Source of the DNA: Candidatus Coprovivens sp.
GTDB lineage: Bacteria > Bacillota_I > Bacilli_A > RF39 > UBA660
Assembly: GCA_051892935.1 (NCBI GenBank)
Contig: JBJFGS010000031.1
Span: 1 to 64,000 of the forward strand
DNA: 64,000 nt
Direction of reading: 5' to 3'
Part shown: in pieces, positions 42,133 through 53,113 of the stretch
Layout of the letters: the number at the start of each line of letters is the position of its first letter
Numbering within the stretch: position 1 is the first letter of the stretch
Program-made: the position numbers and the translations under genes
The notes under the pieces: generated by a model
The model's database searches: none
The model's input: the letters and a program-made list of their open reading frames with translations, nothing else
What the model was told of the DNA's origin: nothing

Positions 42133-43227
42133 GTGAAGAAATATAAATTAAAAGTAAAACTATTAGTATATGGATTTCCTTTTCTAGATGAAAAGTTTGT
42201 AATTGATAATTTTGAATTAAAAGCTGAAAAAATAGATTTGTCTGTAATTGAAAAAAGCATAGAAGATAATCCATTTATTCCTGCTGGATATATGTTAAAT
42301 TGTACTTTTCAATTAAAAGATGATGAGAATACTTATTATAATTGTTTCGAAACCGTTGAGGAGCTTGAGTATAATGTTTCAAACGATAAAGCTAAAAGCA
42401 AAGAAACTGTTATAAAACATTTTTTTGAATTTAGTGAACTTGAAGAATTAATAAATAATTTTAAGAAAAAGTTAAGATTGATATATAATTTGAGAATAAT
42501 TTTTCCAGTGTGCAAAGTTTCTATTATGGATGAAAATGATAAGTTGGTTGGATACTTTATTAATTATAAAGATTTTCCTTCACAGCATGGTTTAGGTGTG
42601 CTCTTTGATAAAGAAAAATTTAGTAAAAATAGTAGAAGTGGTTTTGATTTAAAAAGTTTTCTTTTGACGGAGAAGTCAAATGTTAAGTTTAATAGAGCAA
42701 TGTCGTTGTTTAATGACTCCTTTGAATCTAGTGATGTTTCTGTGAGATTTTTATTGCTATTTTCTTGCTTAGAGGCTTTATTTATAACTTCAAAAACTGA
42801 TATTACTGAAAACTTAGCTGTATGTACAAGTAGGATTTTATTATATGATTCTAGTGTAGAAGAAAAAGTCATGTATGATAGGATTAAGGAATTGTATGAT
42901 TATAGATGTAAGTTTGTTCATGGAAGGCAAATAAAGAACATTACTTATGAACTAGAGTTAGAATTAAGAGAAATAGTAAGGTATGTGTTACTTATTTATT
43001 GGAATATTTGTATTTCTGGAAAAACATCAAATCAAATTATTAAAGCATTAAAAAATAATGAAAAAATATCGTTACAAACAAGAATGTATGCCAAAACTAT
43101 AAGATGTGATGATTATTCACAGGCTTATAAAGAAATCTTGTGTACTATTGCTTTAGAAATAGCTAAAGGTAATGTCAGAATAACAGAACAAGAAAATGGT
43201 GTTATAAAAGCCGTAGAGGAAATATAA
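42133..43227 (+). CDS. ApeA-like HEPN domain protein (putative RNase defence effector)
   Basis: FLLLFSCLEAL helix and LYDYRCKFVHG (RxxxxH). Confidence 0.75.
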   Translation: MKKYKLKVKLLVYGFPFLDEKFVIDNFELKAEKIDLSVIEKSIEDNPFIPAGYMLNCTFQLKDDENTYYNCFETVEELEYNVSNDKAKSKETVIKHFFEFSELEELINNFKKKLRLIYNLRIIFPVCKVSIMDENDKLVGYFINYKDFPSQHGLGVLFDKEKFSKNSRSGFDLKSFLLTEKSNVKFNRAMSLFNDSFESSDVSVRFLLLFSCLEALFITSKTDITENLAVCTSRILLYDSSVEEKVMYDRIKELYDYRCKFVHGRQIKNITYELELELREIVRYVLLIYWNICISGKTSNQIIKALKNNEKISLQTRMYAKTIRCDDYSQAYKEILCTIALEIAKGNVRITEQENGVIKAVEEI

Positions 43228-43281
43228 AAATGGTTAACTAAATTTTACTAATATTTCTTACTTTGTTATAATTATTAGTAG

Positions 43282-44211
43282 GTGATGTCTATGTTAATTC
43301 GTAATAATAAACTATTAAAACAAGATAAATTTAAATTAGAAAAAGATTTACAAGTATTTATAGAAAATCATATACCAGATATCCTTGGTGAAGAATATGA
43401 ATTTGTATGTACTGAATTTATAGTAGGAGATTTTAGAATAGATTCATTAGCTTTTAATAAAGAAACAAAATCTTTCATAATAATAGAAGATAAAAAAGTA
43501 GAAAATAAAAGTCTAGTAGATCAAGGTCTAACTTATCTTAAATTACTAAGAGATAGAAAAGCTGACTTTATATTAAAGTATAATGAAATAAAAGGAACTA
43601 ATTATAATATTAATGATATAGATATATCTCAATCTAAAGTATTATTCTTTTCTCCATATTATAATAAGTATCAAATCTATTCTTCAGACTATCAAAACAT
43701 ACCATTTGAATTATATAAAGTAACTAGATATGAAGATGATATAGTTGATATAGAGAAGATAGAAAAGACTAGTAAAGAAAAAATGGATAATTCTATATTC
43801 TCTTCCTTATTAACTACTAAAGATAATAAGGAAGAGATAAAAGTGTATACTGAAGAAGAACATTTAGAAAAATGTACTGAAAAAGTAAAAGATATTTATT
43901 ATAGTTTAAAAAATAGAATACTTGAACTTGGAGATATTGATTTGGATATTAAGAAAGTGTATATAGCTTTTAAAGGAATTAGAAATATTGTTGATTTAGA
44001 AATATTTAAGAACTTTGTTCAAGTTAATATTAATATGAAAAAAGGAACTTTAGAGGACCCTTTAACTATTATGAATTGTTATGTATTAGATGATGGTAAA
44101 GTAATTGGTCATCATGGTAATGGAGATTATTATATATCTATTTATAATGAAGATGAAGTAGACAAAGTAATTCCTTTTATTAAACAATCATTAGAGATAA
44201 ACAAAAAATAG
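43282..44211 (+). CDS. PD-(D/E)XK nuclease + DUF5655 domain protein
   Basis: LEKDLQ, RIDSLA..IIE.K, DQG..Y; YTEEEH, K.YIAFK, GHHGNGD. Confidence 0.75.
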   Translation: MMSMLIRNNKLLKQDKFKLEKDLQVFIENHIPDILGEEYEFVCTEFIVGDFRIDSLAFNKETKSFIIIEDKKVENKSLVDQGLTYLKLLRDRKADFILKYNEIKGTNYNINDIDISQSKVLFFSPYYNKYQIYSSDYQNIPFELYKVTRYEDDIVDIEKIEKTSKEKMDNSIFSSLLTTKDNKEEIKVYTEEEHLEKCTEKVKDIYYSLKNRILELGDIDLDIKKVYIAFKGIRNIVDLEIFKNFVQVNINMKKGTLEDPLTIMNCYVLDDGKVIGHHGNGDYYISIYNEDEVDKVIPFIKQSLEINKK

Positions 44212-44350
44212 TATAAATTCATAAAATAAAGACTTTTGTGGGGACAAAAGTCTTTTTTAGTGTCTAATTTGATGTTAAAATAAGGATTAAAAATTATGAA
44301 TGTGTTATACTTTTTGTATAGAATAAAGTACAGATAAGTACATAGTAGGA

Positions 44351-45928
44351 GTGAACAACATGAATAATAAAAAAGAACAAGAAAGAGAAGAACTTCATAA
44401 AACAATATGGAAGATAGCTAATGAACTTAGAGGTTCAGTAGATGGATGGGATTTTAAGCAATATGTTTTAGGATTATTGTTTTATAGATTTATTTCCGAA
44501 AATATAGAACATTATGTTAATGATAATCAAAGAAAAGCTGGTATAACTAATTTTGAATATAGAAATATTAGTGATGAACAAGCTTTAATGGGGAAACAAC
44601 AAATATTAGAAGAAAAAGGATTATTTATATTACCAAGTGAATTATTTTGTAATGTAAGAATTAATGCATCAAAAAATGAAAACTTGAACGTAGTTATTTC
44701 AAATATATTTAATAATATTGAAGCCTCTGCTAGAGGTACTGCATCTGAAAATGATGTTAAAGGTTTATTTGATGATTTTACTATTGATAATAAATTAGGT
44801 AATACAGTTGATGAAAGAAACGAAAAATTAGTAAAATTACTTAATGCTATCGGTGATTTGAAACTAGGTGATTATTACGATAATAACATTGATTTATTCG
44901 GAGATGCTTATGAGTTTTTGATGACTATGTATGCATCATCTGCAGGTAAGTCAGGAGGAGAATTCTTTACTCCTCAAGAAGTTGGAGAATTATTAGCTAG
45001 AATAGTAATTCAAGATAAGACATCAGTTAATAAAGTATATGATCCAGCTTGTGGATCTGGTGGATTATTATTAAAATTCGCTAAAATCCTTGGTAAAGAA
45101 AATGTAAGAGATGGTTTTTTTGGTCAAGAAATAAATTTAACTACTTATAACTTAGCTAGAATTAACATGTTCTTACACAATATAAATTATAATAATTTTC
45201 ATATAGCGAGGGGAGATACATTAATTCATCCAGAACATTGGGATGATGAACCATTTGATGCAATCGTATCTAATCCGCCATATTCAATTAAGTGGGCTGG
45301 AAAGGAAAATCCAATTTTGATAAATGATGAAAGATTTTCTCCAGCAGGTGTATTGGCACCTTCTTCTAAAGCTGATTTAGCATTTACTATGCATATGTTA
45401 TCATGGTTAAGTCCAAAAGGAACAGCTGCAATAGTTGAGTTCCCTGGTGTACTATATAGAGGTGGAGCAGAACAAAAGATAAGACAATATATGATTGACA
45501 ATAACTTTGTAGATGCAGTTATTCAGTTACCATCTGATTTATTCTTTGGAACATCAATTGCTACATGTATTTTAGTATTAAAGAAAAATAAATCAGATAA
45601 CAATATCTTATTTGTAGATGCCAGTGAGGAATTTGTTAGAAATACAAATAAAAATAAATTGTCTGATGAAAATATAAACAATATAGTTAATTTATTAAAA
45701 GAAAGAGAGTCAGTTGAAAATAAAACTTATTTAGCTACTTATGATGAAATAAAAGAAAATGATTATAATATATCTGTAAATTCATATTTAAAAACAAATG
45801 CTGGTGAAGTAGAAATAGATATAGAAGAAGTAAACAAAAAATTAGCTGAAATAGTTCCAAGACAACAACAAATAAGAAATGAATTGGAAGAAATAATCAG
45901 AGAATTGGAGTCTGATTATTATGAGTAA
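44351..45928 (+). CDS. hsdM: Type I RM methyltransferase HsdM
   Basis: LRGSVDGWDFKQY, GEFFTP, DPACGSG, NPPY. Confidence 0.96.
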   Translation: MNNMNNKKEQEREELHKTIWKIANELRGSVDGWDFKQYVLGLLFYRFISENIEHYVNDNQRKAGITNFEYRNISDEQALMGKQQILEEKGLFILPSELFCNVRINASKNENLNVVISNIFNNIEASARGTASENDVKGLFDDFTIDNKLGNTVDERNEKLVKLLNAIGDLKLGDYYDNNIDLFGDAYEFLMTMYASSAGKSGGEFFTPQEVGELLARIVIQDKTSVNKVYDPACGSGGLLLKFAKILGKENVRDGFFGQEINLTTYNLARINMFLHNINYNNFHIARGDTLIHPEHWDDEPFDAIVSNPPYSIKWAGKENPILINDERFSPAGVLAPSSKADLAFTMHMLSWLSPKGTAAIVEFPGVLYRGGAEQKIRQYMIDNNFVDAVIQLPSDLFFGTSIATCILVLKKNKSDNNILFVDASEEFVRNTNKNKLSDENINNIVNLLKERESVENKTYLATYDEIKENDYNISVNSYLKTNAGEVEIDIEEVNKKLAEIVPRQQQIRNELEEIIRELESDYYE

Positions 45929-47901
45929 GATAAATGATTTAATTAAAGAATTATGTCCTAATGGTGTTGAGTATCATAAACTTTGTGATATTGGTGAAAT
46001 ACTAAGTGGGTTAAAAAGCAAGAGCAAAGATGATTTTAATAATGGCGAATCAAAATATATAACTTATGTTAATGTCTTTAATAACTTAGCAGTTGATTTT
46101 AGCAAATATGAATTAGTTAAAGTTAAAGAAAATGAAAATCAAAACGAATTAAAATATTGTGATGTTATTTTTACAACATCATCAGAAATAGCAGAAGAAA
46201 CAGGAATGACAAGTGTTGTATGTATAGAACCTGAAGAAAAATATTACTTAAATAGTTTTTGCTCAATATATAGATTTAATGATGAATTTATAAGTAAAAT
46301 TAATCCTAATTTTATAAAACATTTATTTAGATCAAATGATATTAGAGAAAAAATTATAAAATGTGCAAATGGTGTAACTAGATTTAATCTTAGTAAAAAA
46401 GATTTTATTAAAATAGATATACCAATACCACCATTAGAAGTTCAAAATGAGATAGCAATTATTCTTGATAAATTTGGCGAGCTAGAGGCGGAGCTAGAGG
46501 CGGAGCTAGAGGCGAGAAAGAGTCAATACGAGTTTTGGCGTGGTAAGATTTTTGCAGATAAAGAAACTAAGTATAACAAAGTAAAATTTAAAGATATTGC
46601 AACAATTACAAGAGGAGGAAATTTCCAAAAAAAAGATTATGTAGAAAATGGAATGCCTTGTATACACTACGGACAAATATATACTCAATTTGGTCCGTAT
46701 ACTGATAAAGTAATATCATATATACCAAAGGATATATTTGATAAACAAAGAAAAGCAAAACATAACGATGTTATTATGGCTGTAACAAGTGAGAATTATG
46801 AAGATGTATGTAAATCTGTTGCATGGATTGGTAAAGATGAAATTGCAGTAAGTGGACATAGTGCAATAATATCTTCTGAACAAAACGCAAAATATTTATC
46901 ATATTATTTTAGTAGTAGTGTATTTCAAAAAGAAAAATTAAAATACGCTAGGGGAGTTAAGGTAATTGAATTCCCGCCAGAAAAACTAAATGAAATTGAG
47001 ATAGCATTACCACCAATGGAAGTTCAAAATAAAGTAGTACATGTTTTAGATAATTTCGAAACACTATGTAGTGACCTTGGAATAGGGCTACCTGCAGAAA
47101 AAGAAGTGAGAAGACAACAATATGAATATTATCGCGATATGTTGTTGACCTTTGCAGACAGTAATGAGATAATCTTACAAGACAAGACAAGACAAGACAA
47201 GACAAGACAAGACAAGACAAGACAAGACAAGACAAGACAAGACAAGACAAGACAAGACAAGACAAGACAAGACAAGACAAGACAAGACAAGACAAGCAAT
47301 AATTAGGCTATTACAATATGTATTCGGAAGTATAAAAGTTTCACTTGAAGATATTGCATACTACTCAAAGGATAGAATAAGTCATACAGAACTTAATGAA
47401 AATAATTATGTAGGAGTAGATAATTTATTACAAAATAAGAGGGGTAAAACAAATTCAACACATATTCCTACTTCAGGTAATTCAATTAAATTTATAAAAA
47501 ATGATATTCTAATAGGGAATATAAGACCTTATTTAAGGAAGATTTGGTTAGCAGATTGTACTGGTGGTACAAATGGAGATGTACTTGATATTAGAATAAA
47601 TAATACAGAATTTGTATATCCTAAATTTTTGTACTATATATTATCTTCAGAAGATTTTTTTGAATATAATAATTCAACCTCAAAAGGTTCTAAAATGCCA
47701 AGAGGTGATAAACAAGCTGTAATGAAATACGAGTTTTTCTTGCCTTCAATTGAAGTTCAAAGAAAAATAACAAGTATATTAGATAAATTTGATAAATTAG
47801 TAAACGACATTTCAGAAGGTTTGCCCGCAGAAATTGAATTAAGAAAACAACAATATGAATATTATAGAAATAAATTATTAGATTTTAAGGAAGTGAATTA
47901 A
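45921..47901 (+). CDS. hsdS: Type I RM specificity subunit HsdS, phase-variable: 2-TRD product ends at 47306; third TRD out of frame
   Basis: Three TRD + conserved-helix units (IPPLEVQ, LPPMEVQ, LPSIEVQ; GLPAE...QYEYYR); continuous open frame 47296-47901. Confidence 0.9.
46479..46514 (+). repeat. (GAGCTAGAGGCG)3 in the hsdS central conserved region (ELEA repeats)
   Basis: Three perfect 12-bp units. Confidence 0.95.
47177..47296 (+). repeat. (ACAAG)24 simple sequence repeat in hsdS
   Basis: 120 bp of perfect pentamer repeat. Confidence 0.97.
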
Positions 47902-47902
47902 A

Positions 47903-50900
47903 ATGAATAGTATTGGTTTAATAAGTGAAAATGACAACTCAACAGTATTAGCTGAATATACAGGTTTGAATAGAGTAGCTACATCTTTTCAAAGTGAAGA
48001 TGCCTTAGAAAAAGAATTAATTAATACTTTAATTGAACAAGGTTATGAAAGATTATATATTAATGATGAAGATGAATTGATTCTTAATCTAAGAAAACAA
48101 TTGGAAAAACTCAATAATTATCATTTTACTGATGGAGAATGGGATTATTTATTTGCTAAAGTTATTGCTAATAAAAATGATTATATTATTGAGAAAACTA
48201 GATTAATACAAGAAGATTATAAACAAGAACTAACTTTAGATTCAGGTGAAAAAAGAAATGTATATTTAATTGATAAAAATAATATTCACAATAATAGTCT
48301 TCAAGTATTGAATCAATATGTTAATAATGATGGTAATTTTGATAATAGATATGATGTTACTATTTTAGTTAATGGTCTTCCTTTAGTTCATGTCGAATTA
48401 AAGAAAAGAGGAGTAGATTTAAGAGAAGCTTTTAACCAAATAGAAAGATATCAAAGAGATTCTTTCTGGGCTGGTTCTGGATTATATAACTTTGTTCAAA
48501 TATTTGTTATCTCAAATGGAACATTAACTAAATATTATTCTAATACTACTAGAGAATTCCATATAAATAACCAAAAGAAAAAGAAATCTAATTCATTTGA
48601 ATTTACTTCTTATTGGGCAGACCAAAAAAATAATGGAATTACTGATTTAATTGATTTTGCTAAAACATTTTTTACTAAGCATACTTTATTAAATATACTA
48701 ACTAAATATTGTGTATTTACTAGTGAAGAAGACTTACTTGTAATGAGACCTTACCAAATAGTTGCAACTGAAAAAATATTAAATAGAATTACAATTGCAT
48801 ATAACAACAAGTTCTATGGAACATTAAAGTCAGGTGGATATATTTGGCATACAACAGGATCAGGAAAAACATTAACTTCATTTAAGACATCTCAATTAGC
48901 AAGTAAACTAGAATTTATTGATAAAGTATTATTTGTTGTTGATAGAAAAGACTTAGATTATCAAACAATGAAAGAATATGATCGTTTTAAGGAAGGTGCA
49001 GCCAACTCTAATACTTCTACGAAAATATTAGAAGGTCAATTAGAAGATGATAATTGTAAAATAATAATTACTACAATCCAAAAACTATCACAATTTATTA
49101 AAAAGAATGCTGATAGTGAAGTGTTTAATAAACATGTAGTATTTATATTTGATGAATGTCATAGATCGCAATTTGGTGAGATGCATAAATCGATTATTAA
49201 GAAGTTTAATAAATATTATATATTTGGATTTACTGGTACTCCAATATTCCCAGAGAATGCTAGAACAATAAAAGGTATATCTGAAACAACAGAACAAATC
49301 TTTGGAGAAAGATTACATACTTATACAATAGTAAATGCTATAGCTGATAAGAATGTATTACCTTTTAGATATGAATATGTTGGTAGAGTAGATGTATCTG
49401 AAGATGTAAAAGATGAAAAAGTTTATAGTATAGATGAAGAAAAATTATTTGATAATCAAATAAGAATTAGTTTAATTACTGAATATATTATTGAATATTT
49501 TAGCACTAAAACAAAAACTAGTGAATCATATGTTTATTCAACCTTAGATAACGTAATTGAAGTTGCTAAAAGACAAGATACAGAAGAAATAAAATCTAAA
49601 AAGAATATTAATGGATTTAATTCTATATTTGCAGTATCTAATATTAAAATGGCAAAAGAATACTATGAAGAATTCCAAAAACAATTAAGAATAAAAAATA
49701 GTAATTTAAAAGTAGCTTTAATATATTCATATGGTGTTAATGGAGAAGATGGAGTTATTGATGAAAACTCGGAATCAACAGAAGCTTTAAGCATTGATGA
49801 TAGAACATTCTTAGATAATGCTATTAAAGATTATAACAAGATGTTTGGAACTAGTTATGACACATCATCAGAAAGATTTCAAAATTATTATAAAGATGTT
49901 TCATTGAGAATAAAGAATAGAGAAATTGATATATTAATAGTTGCAAATATGTTCTTAACAGGATTTGATGCTAAAACATTAAATACATTATGGGTAGATA
50001 AGAACTTAAAATGGCATGGCTTAATTCAAGCATTCTCTAGAACTAATAGAATTTTAAATAGTGTTAAAACTTATGGTAATATCGTTTCATTTAGAAACTT
50101 AGAAGATAGACTTAATGAGGCATTAGCTAAATTCGGCGATGAAGAAGCTCATGGAATAGTATTATTAAAACCATATAATGATTACTACTATGGATATGAA
50201 GATGATAATGGTAAAACATTTGAGGGTTATAAATCTTTGGTAGAGAAACTTACTTCTAAATTTGCACCAGGAGAACTAATGCAAAGTGAAGCAGAACAGA
50301 AAAAATTTATTAAACTATATGGTGAAATATTAAAAGTAACAAATATATTATCTTCATTCGATGAGTTTAAAGATGATGAATTAATCAATGAAAGAGATAA
50401 ACAAGATTACCATAGCATCTATATCGAACTTTATAATGAATTTAGAAATAAAGCTAAACAAGAAAAAACTGATGTTACTGAAGATGTAGTATTTGAAATG
50501 GAATTGATTAAATCAATAGAAGTTAATATTGATTACATCTTAGGATTAGTTAAGAAATACCATGATAGTAACATGGAAGATAAAGAGATTCTTGTAACTA
50601 TTCAAAAGACAATCATGGCAAGTCCAGATTTGAGAAATAAGAAAGATTTAATCATGGCATTCATTGAATCATTAGATCAAGACTCAAATGTATATGCTGA
50701 TTTTGAATCATTTATGAATAGTAAAAAGAAAGAAGAATTAGATAAGATAATTGCTGAAGAAAATCTTAATAAAGAAGAAACATATAACTTTATTCAAAGA
50801 TCATTTGAACAAGGAAGAGTAGAAACGAATGGAACAGAAGTATCTAATATACTTCCTCCTATGAATATGTTTACTCCAACAAATGATAGACAAGAAAAGA

Positions 50901-50971
50901 AAAATAAGGTTATTGATAAACTATTAGAATTCTTTGATAAATTCTTTAGCATTTCAAGTAATAAAATGTAA
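47903..50971 (+). CDS. hsdR: Type I RM restriction subunit HsdR (EcoR124-like)
   Basis: YDVTILVNGLPLVHVELK, HTTGSGKT, DECHRS, FTGTP, QAFSRTNR. Confidence 0.96.
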   Translation: MNSIGLISENDNSTVLAEYTGLNRVATSFQSEDALEKELINTLIEQGYERLYINDEDELILNLRKQLEKLNNYHFTDGEWDYLFAKVIANKNDYIIEKTRLIQEDYKQELTLDSGEKRNVYLIDKNNIHNNSLQVLNQYVNNDGNFDNRYDVTILVNGLPLVHVELKKRGVDLREAFNQIERYQRDSFWAGSGLYNFVQIFVISNGTLTKYYSNTTREFHINNQKKKKSNSFEFTSYWADQKNNGITDLIDFAKTFFTKHTLLNILTKYCVFTSEEDLLVMRPYQIVATEKILNRITIAYNNKFYGTLKSGGYIWHTTGSGKTLTSFKTSQLASKLEFIDKVLFVVDRKDLDYQTMKEYDRFKEGAANSNTSTKILEGQLEDDNCKIIITTIQKLSQFIKKNADSEVFNKHVVFIFDECHRSQFGEMHKSIIKKFNKYYIFGFTGTPIFPENARTIKGISETTEQIFGERLHTYTIVNAIADKNVLPFRYEYVGRVDVSEDVKDEKVYSIDEEKLFDNQIRISLITEYIIEYFSTKTKTSESYVYSTLDNVIEVAKRQDTEEIKSKKNINGFNSIFAVSNIKMAKEYYEEFQKQLRIKNSNLKVALIYSYGVNGEDGVIDENSESTEALSIDDRTFLDNAIKDYNKMFGTSYDTSSERFQNYYKDVSLRIKNREIDILIVANMFLTGFDAKTLNTLWVDKNLKWHGLIQAFSRTNRILNSVKTYGNIVSFRNLEDRLNEALAKFGDEEAHGIVLLKPYNDYYYGYEDDNGKTFEGYKSLVEKLTSKFAPGELMQSEAEQKKFIKLYGEILKVTNILSSFDEFKDDELINERDKQDYHSIYIELYNEFRNKAKQEKTDVTEDVVFEMELIKSIEVNIDYILGLVKKYHDSNMEDKEILVTIQKTIMASPDLRNKKDLIMAFIESLDQDSNVYADFESFMNSKKKEELDKIIAEENLNKEETYNFIQRSFEQGRVETNGTEVSNILPPMNMFTPTNDRQEKKNKVIDKLLEFFDKFFSISSNKM

Positions 50972-51041
50972 AAAGCAATGGTAAAACATTGCTTTTTTAG
51001 TGTGTAAAATCTATAATAGAGATTAATTTATAGGAGGGTTT

Positions 51042-51635
51042 ATGAAGGAAGCTAAAATATTAACATATATATTTGGATTAAGTTTAATAATTGCTTGCTG
51101 CTTGCTTTTATTTGTTCCGGTATTAAAACATGGTATTTGTTATGATATTGTGATGGGAATAATTACAGGTTTAATCGTATCTTTAATGGGAGTTGTTGCT
51201 CAGTATTTTATTCAAAAAGGTAGAATTAAAAATGATATATTTAATTGTTATTTTGATTTGTATAAAAAAATATATAATGTAGAAAAAATGCATACTTTTC
51301 TGGGGTATAATTGGATTTCGTTATATAAAAAAATGGAAAATTTTTCAGTAGAATACTCAAAATTAGTTTCTGAATATTCTGGTTTTATTAATAATAAATA
51401 TAATTTATTATATAAAAAATTAAATCCTAGTATTAAGGTTGATTATGATATATATAACATAAAAAATATCGCGAAGTTATTGTTTCCGTTTAATCATAAG
51501 AATTTTAAAGAAATTATTGTACCATTTAAGTTGGAATTAGAAAAATCATTAAAAGTTTTAAATAAAAATAAGTTTAATAAAGAGTTTGATGAATATAAAA
51601 GAATTAGTAAACTTATTTTAGGAAGAAAAGTATAG
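51042..51635 (+). CDS. Hypothetical protein with two N-terminal TM helices
   Basis: GGAGG RBS; two hydrophobic segments. Confidence 0.6.
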   Translation: MKEAKILTYIFGLSLIIACCLLLFVPVLKHGICYDIVMGIITGLIVSLMGVVAQYFIQKGRIKNDIFNCYFDLYKKIYNVEKMHTFLGYNWISLYKKMENFSVEYSKLVSEYSGFINNKYNLLYKKLNPSIKVDYDIYNIKNIAKLLFPFNHKNFKEIIVPFKLELEKSLKVLNKNKFNKEFDEYKRISKLILGRKV

Positions 51636-51670
51636 TGTTATTTTTTTGATTTACTTGTAAAGCAAAAAAA

Positions 51671-51785
51671 TTAATTCTAAGCCTAAGGTCTTAGAATTCT
51701 AAAGTTGAAACTACAGGTTCAACTTTGTTCTAAGAGACTTATTATATAAGGCTCTTAGAAATTAAATAAATCATTAATTATTATA
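51671..51785. repeat. Triple-hairpin element, copy B (candidate minus-strand sRNA)
   Basis: Three inverted repeats; minus-strand TATAAT at 51780-51785; A-run on the left. Confidence 0.8.
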
Positions 51786-51944
51786 AAAAGATAACGTTTA
51801 TATTATTTACTGCTGTTCACTGCCGTTCACTAGTGTTTGTTTTAAGAATTTATTGAATAGTAATGTTATTTTTTTCAAAAAAACTGTAAAAGTGTGATTT
51901 TCATGATAAATTATTATTTTTTATGTTAGAATACTTGTAACGAG

Positions 51945-52832
51945 GTGTTTTGTATGGATTATAAATTTAATGGTGCTTTAAATGAGTTTTTATCTGATGT
52001 TGGAGATATAAATGAAGATGAATTAAATGAGAGATTGCAAGAATTTGTAGAAAAGTATAATAATGGTGAGATTGATTATGAAAATATAGCAATGGATCAA
52101 GCATATGAGTTACTAGAAGAAGCTGAGAATACAAAGTCAAAGAAAAAAGCTATTAAGTTAGCTGAAGAAGCTTATGAAATTTGTCCTGATTGTTTTGATG
52201 CAGTTATATTCCGAGCAAGTTTAGAGGATAATCAAACAAAGAGAGAAGAATTATTGAACGAAGGATTGGAATTTGAAAAAGACAGATTAACTGAAGAAGG
52301 GTATTTTGAAGAAGGAAATATTGGGAAATTTTATGGTATCTTTGAAACAAGACCTTATATTCGAGGACTATCTTGTAAGGTTTATAATTTAATTGCTCAA
52401 GGTAAAATAAAATTAGCAATGGAAGTATGTAAAGAAATATTGAGACTTAATGAAAACGATAATACAGGTATAAGATATTTACTTGCTGCTATATATGCAT
52501 ATTTCGAAGATGAAAAAGAATTACTATCACTATATGAAAAATATCCAGAAGAAAATTTATCAATATTATTTCCTTTATTAGCTTTATATTATAAAAAGGA
52601 AAACTATGAGAAAGCTAAAGAATATTTGTTAAAGATAAATAAAAATAATAAAAATTTTATTAAGTTATTTAAAGGTACATTTGAAGAAAATGAAGATATA
52701 CCTAGTGGTTATTATAGTTCTGGCGGTTCTTCAGAAGTTGCTATGTATATTAATAATTATCAATTTTTAGTTATGACAATGCCTTGTCTTGATGAATTTG
52801 TATTAGAATATAGTAAAAATTCTAAAAAATAA
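51945..52832 (+). CDS. TPR-like hypothetical protein
   Basis: A......PDC.DA, FYG.FETRPYIR, L.LNENDN.GIRY. Confidence 0.7.
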   Translation: MFCMDYKFNGALNEFLSDVGDINEDELNERLQEFVEKYNNGEIDYENIAMDQAYELLEEAENTKSKKKAIKLAEEAYEICPDCFDAVIFRASLEDNQTKREELLNEGLEFEKDRLTEEGYFEEGNIGKFYGIFETRPYIRGLSCKVYNLIAQGKIKLAMEVCKEILRLNENDNTGIRYLLAAIYAYFEDEKELLSLYEKYPEENLSILFPLLALYYKKENYEKAKEYLLKINKNNKNFIKLFKGTFEENEDIPSGYYSSGGSSEVAMYINNYQFLVMTMPCLDEFVLEYSKNSKK

Positions 52833-52932
52833 GAAAGTCTATTTATAAAAAGTCTATTTATTATAAGATAGACTTTTTCTTATGTACTAAAAAACATGGT
52901 CTATTTTTTTGATTTAATAAAAGTCAAAAAGA

Positions 52933-53049
52933 TTAATTCTAAGACCTTAGGCTTAGAATTCTAAAAGTTGAAACTACAGGTTCAACTTTGTTCTAAGAGA
53001 CTTATATTAATAAGGCTCTTAGAACTTAAATAAATCCTTAATTATTTTA
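52933..53049. repeat. Triple-hairpin element, copy C
   Basis: Near-identical to copy B; minus-strand TAAAAT at 53044-53049. Confidence 0.8.
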
Positions 53050-53113
53050 AAGTAGTTATGTTATAATAATACTACTTGTATAAACTTAAATATTAAGGAG
53101 GTCTTGGATATAT

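Noticed and set aside
46957-47295. Minus-strand 112-aa ORF with SCLVL repeats
   Set aside because: Artefact of reading the (ACAAG)n repeat on the opposite strand
47177-47296. Repeat tract as a CRISPR-like array
   Set aside because: Pure pentamer SSR with no spacers
47629-47901. 90-aa ORF as an independent gene
   Set aside because: It is the tail of the frameshifted third TRD of hsdS; the frame is open from 47296
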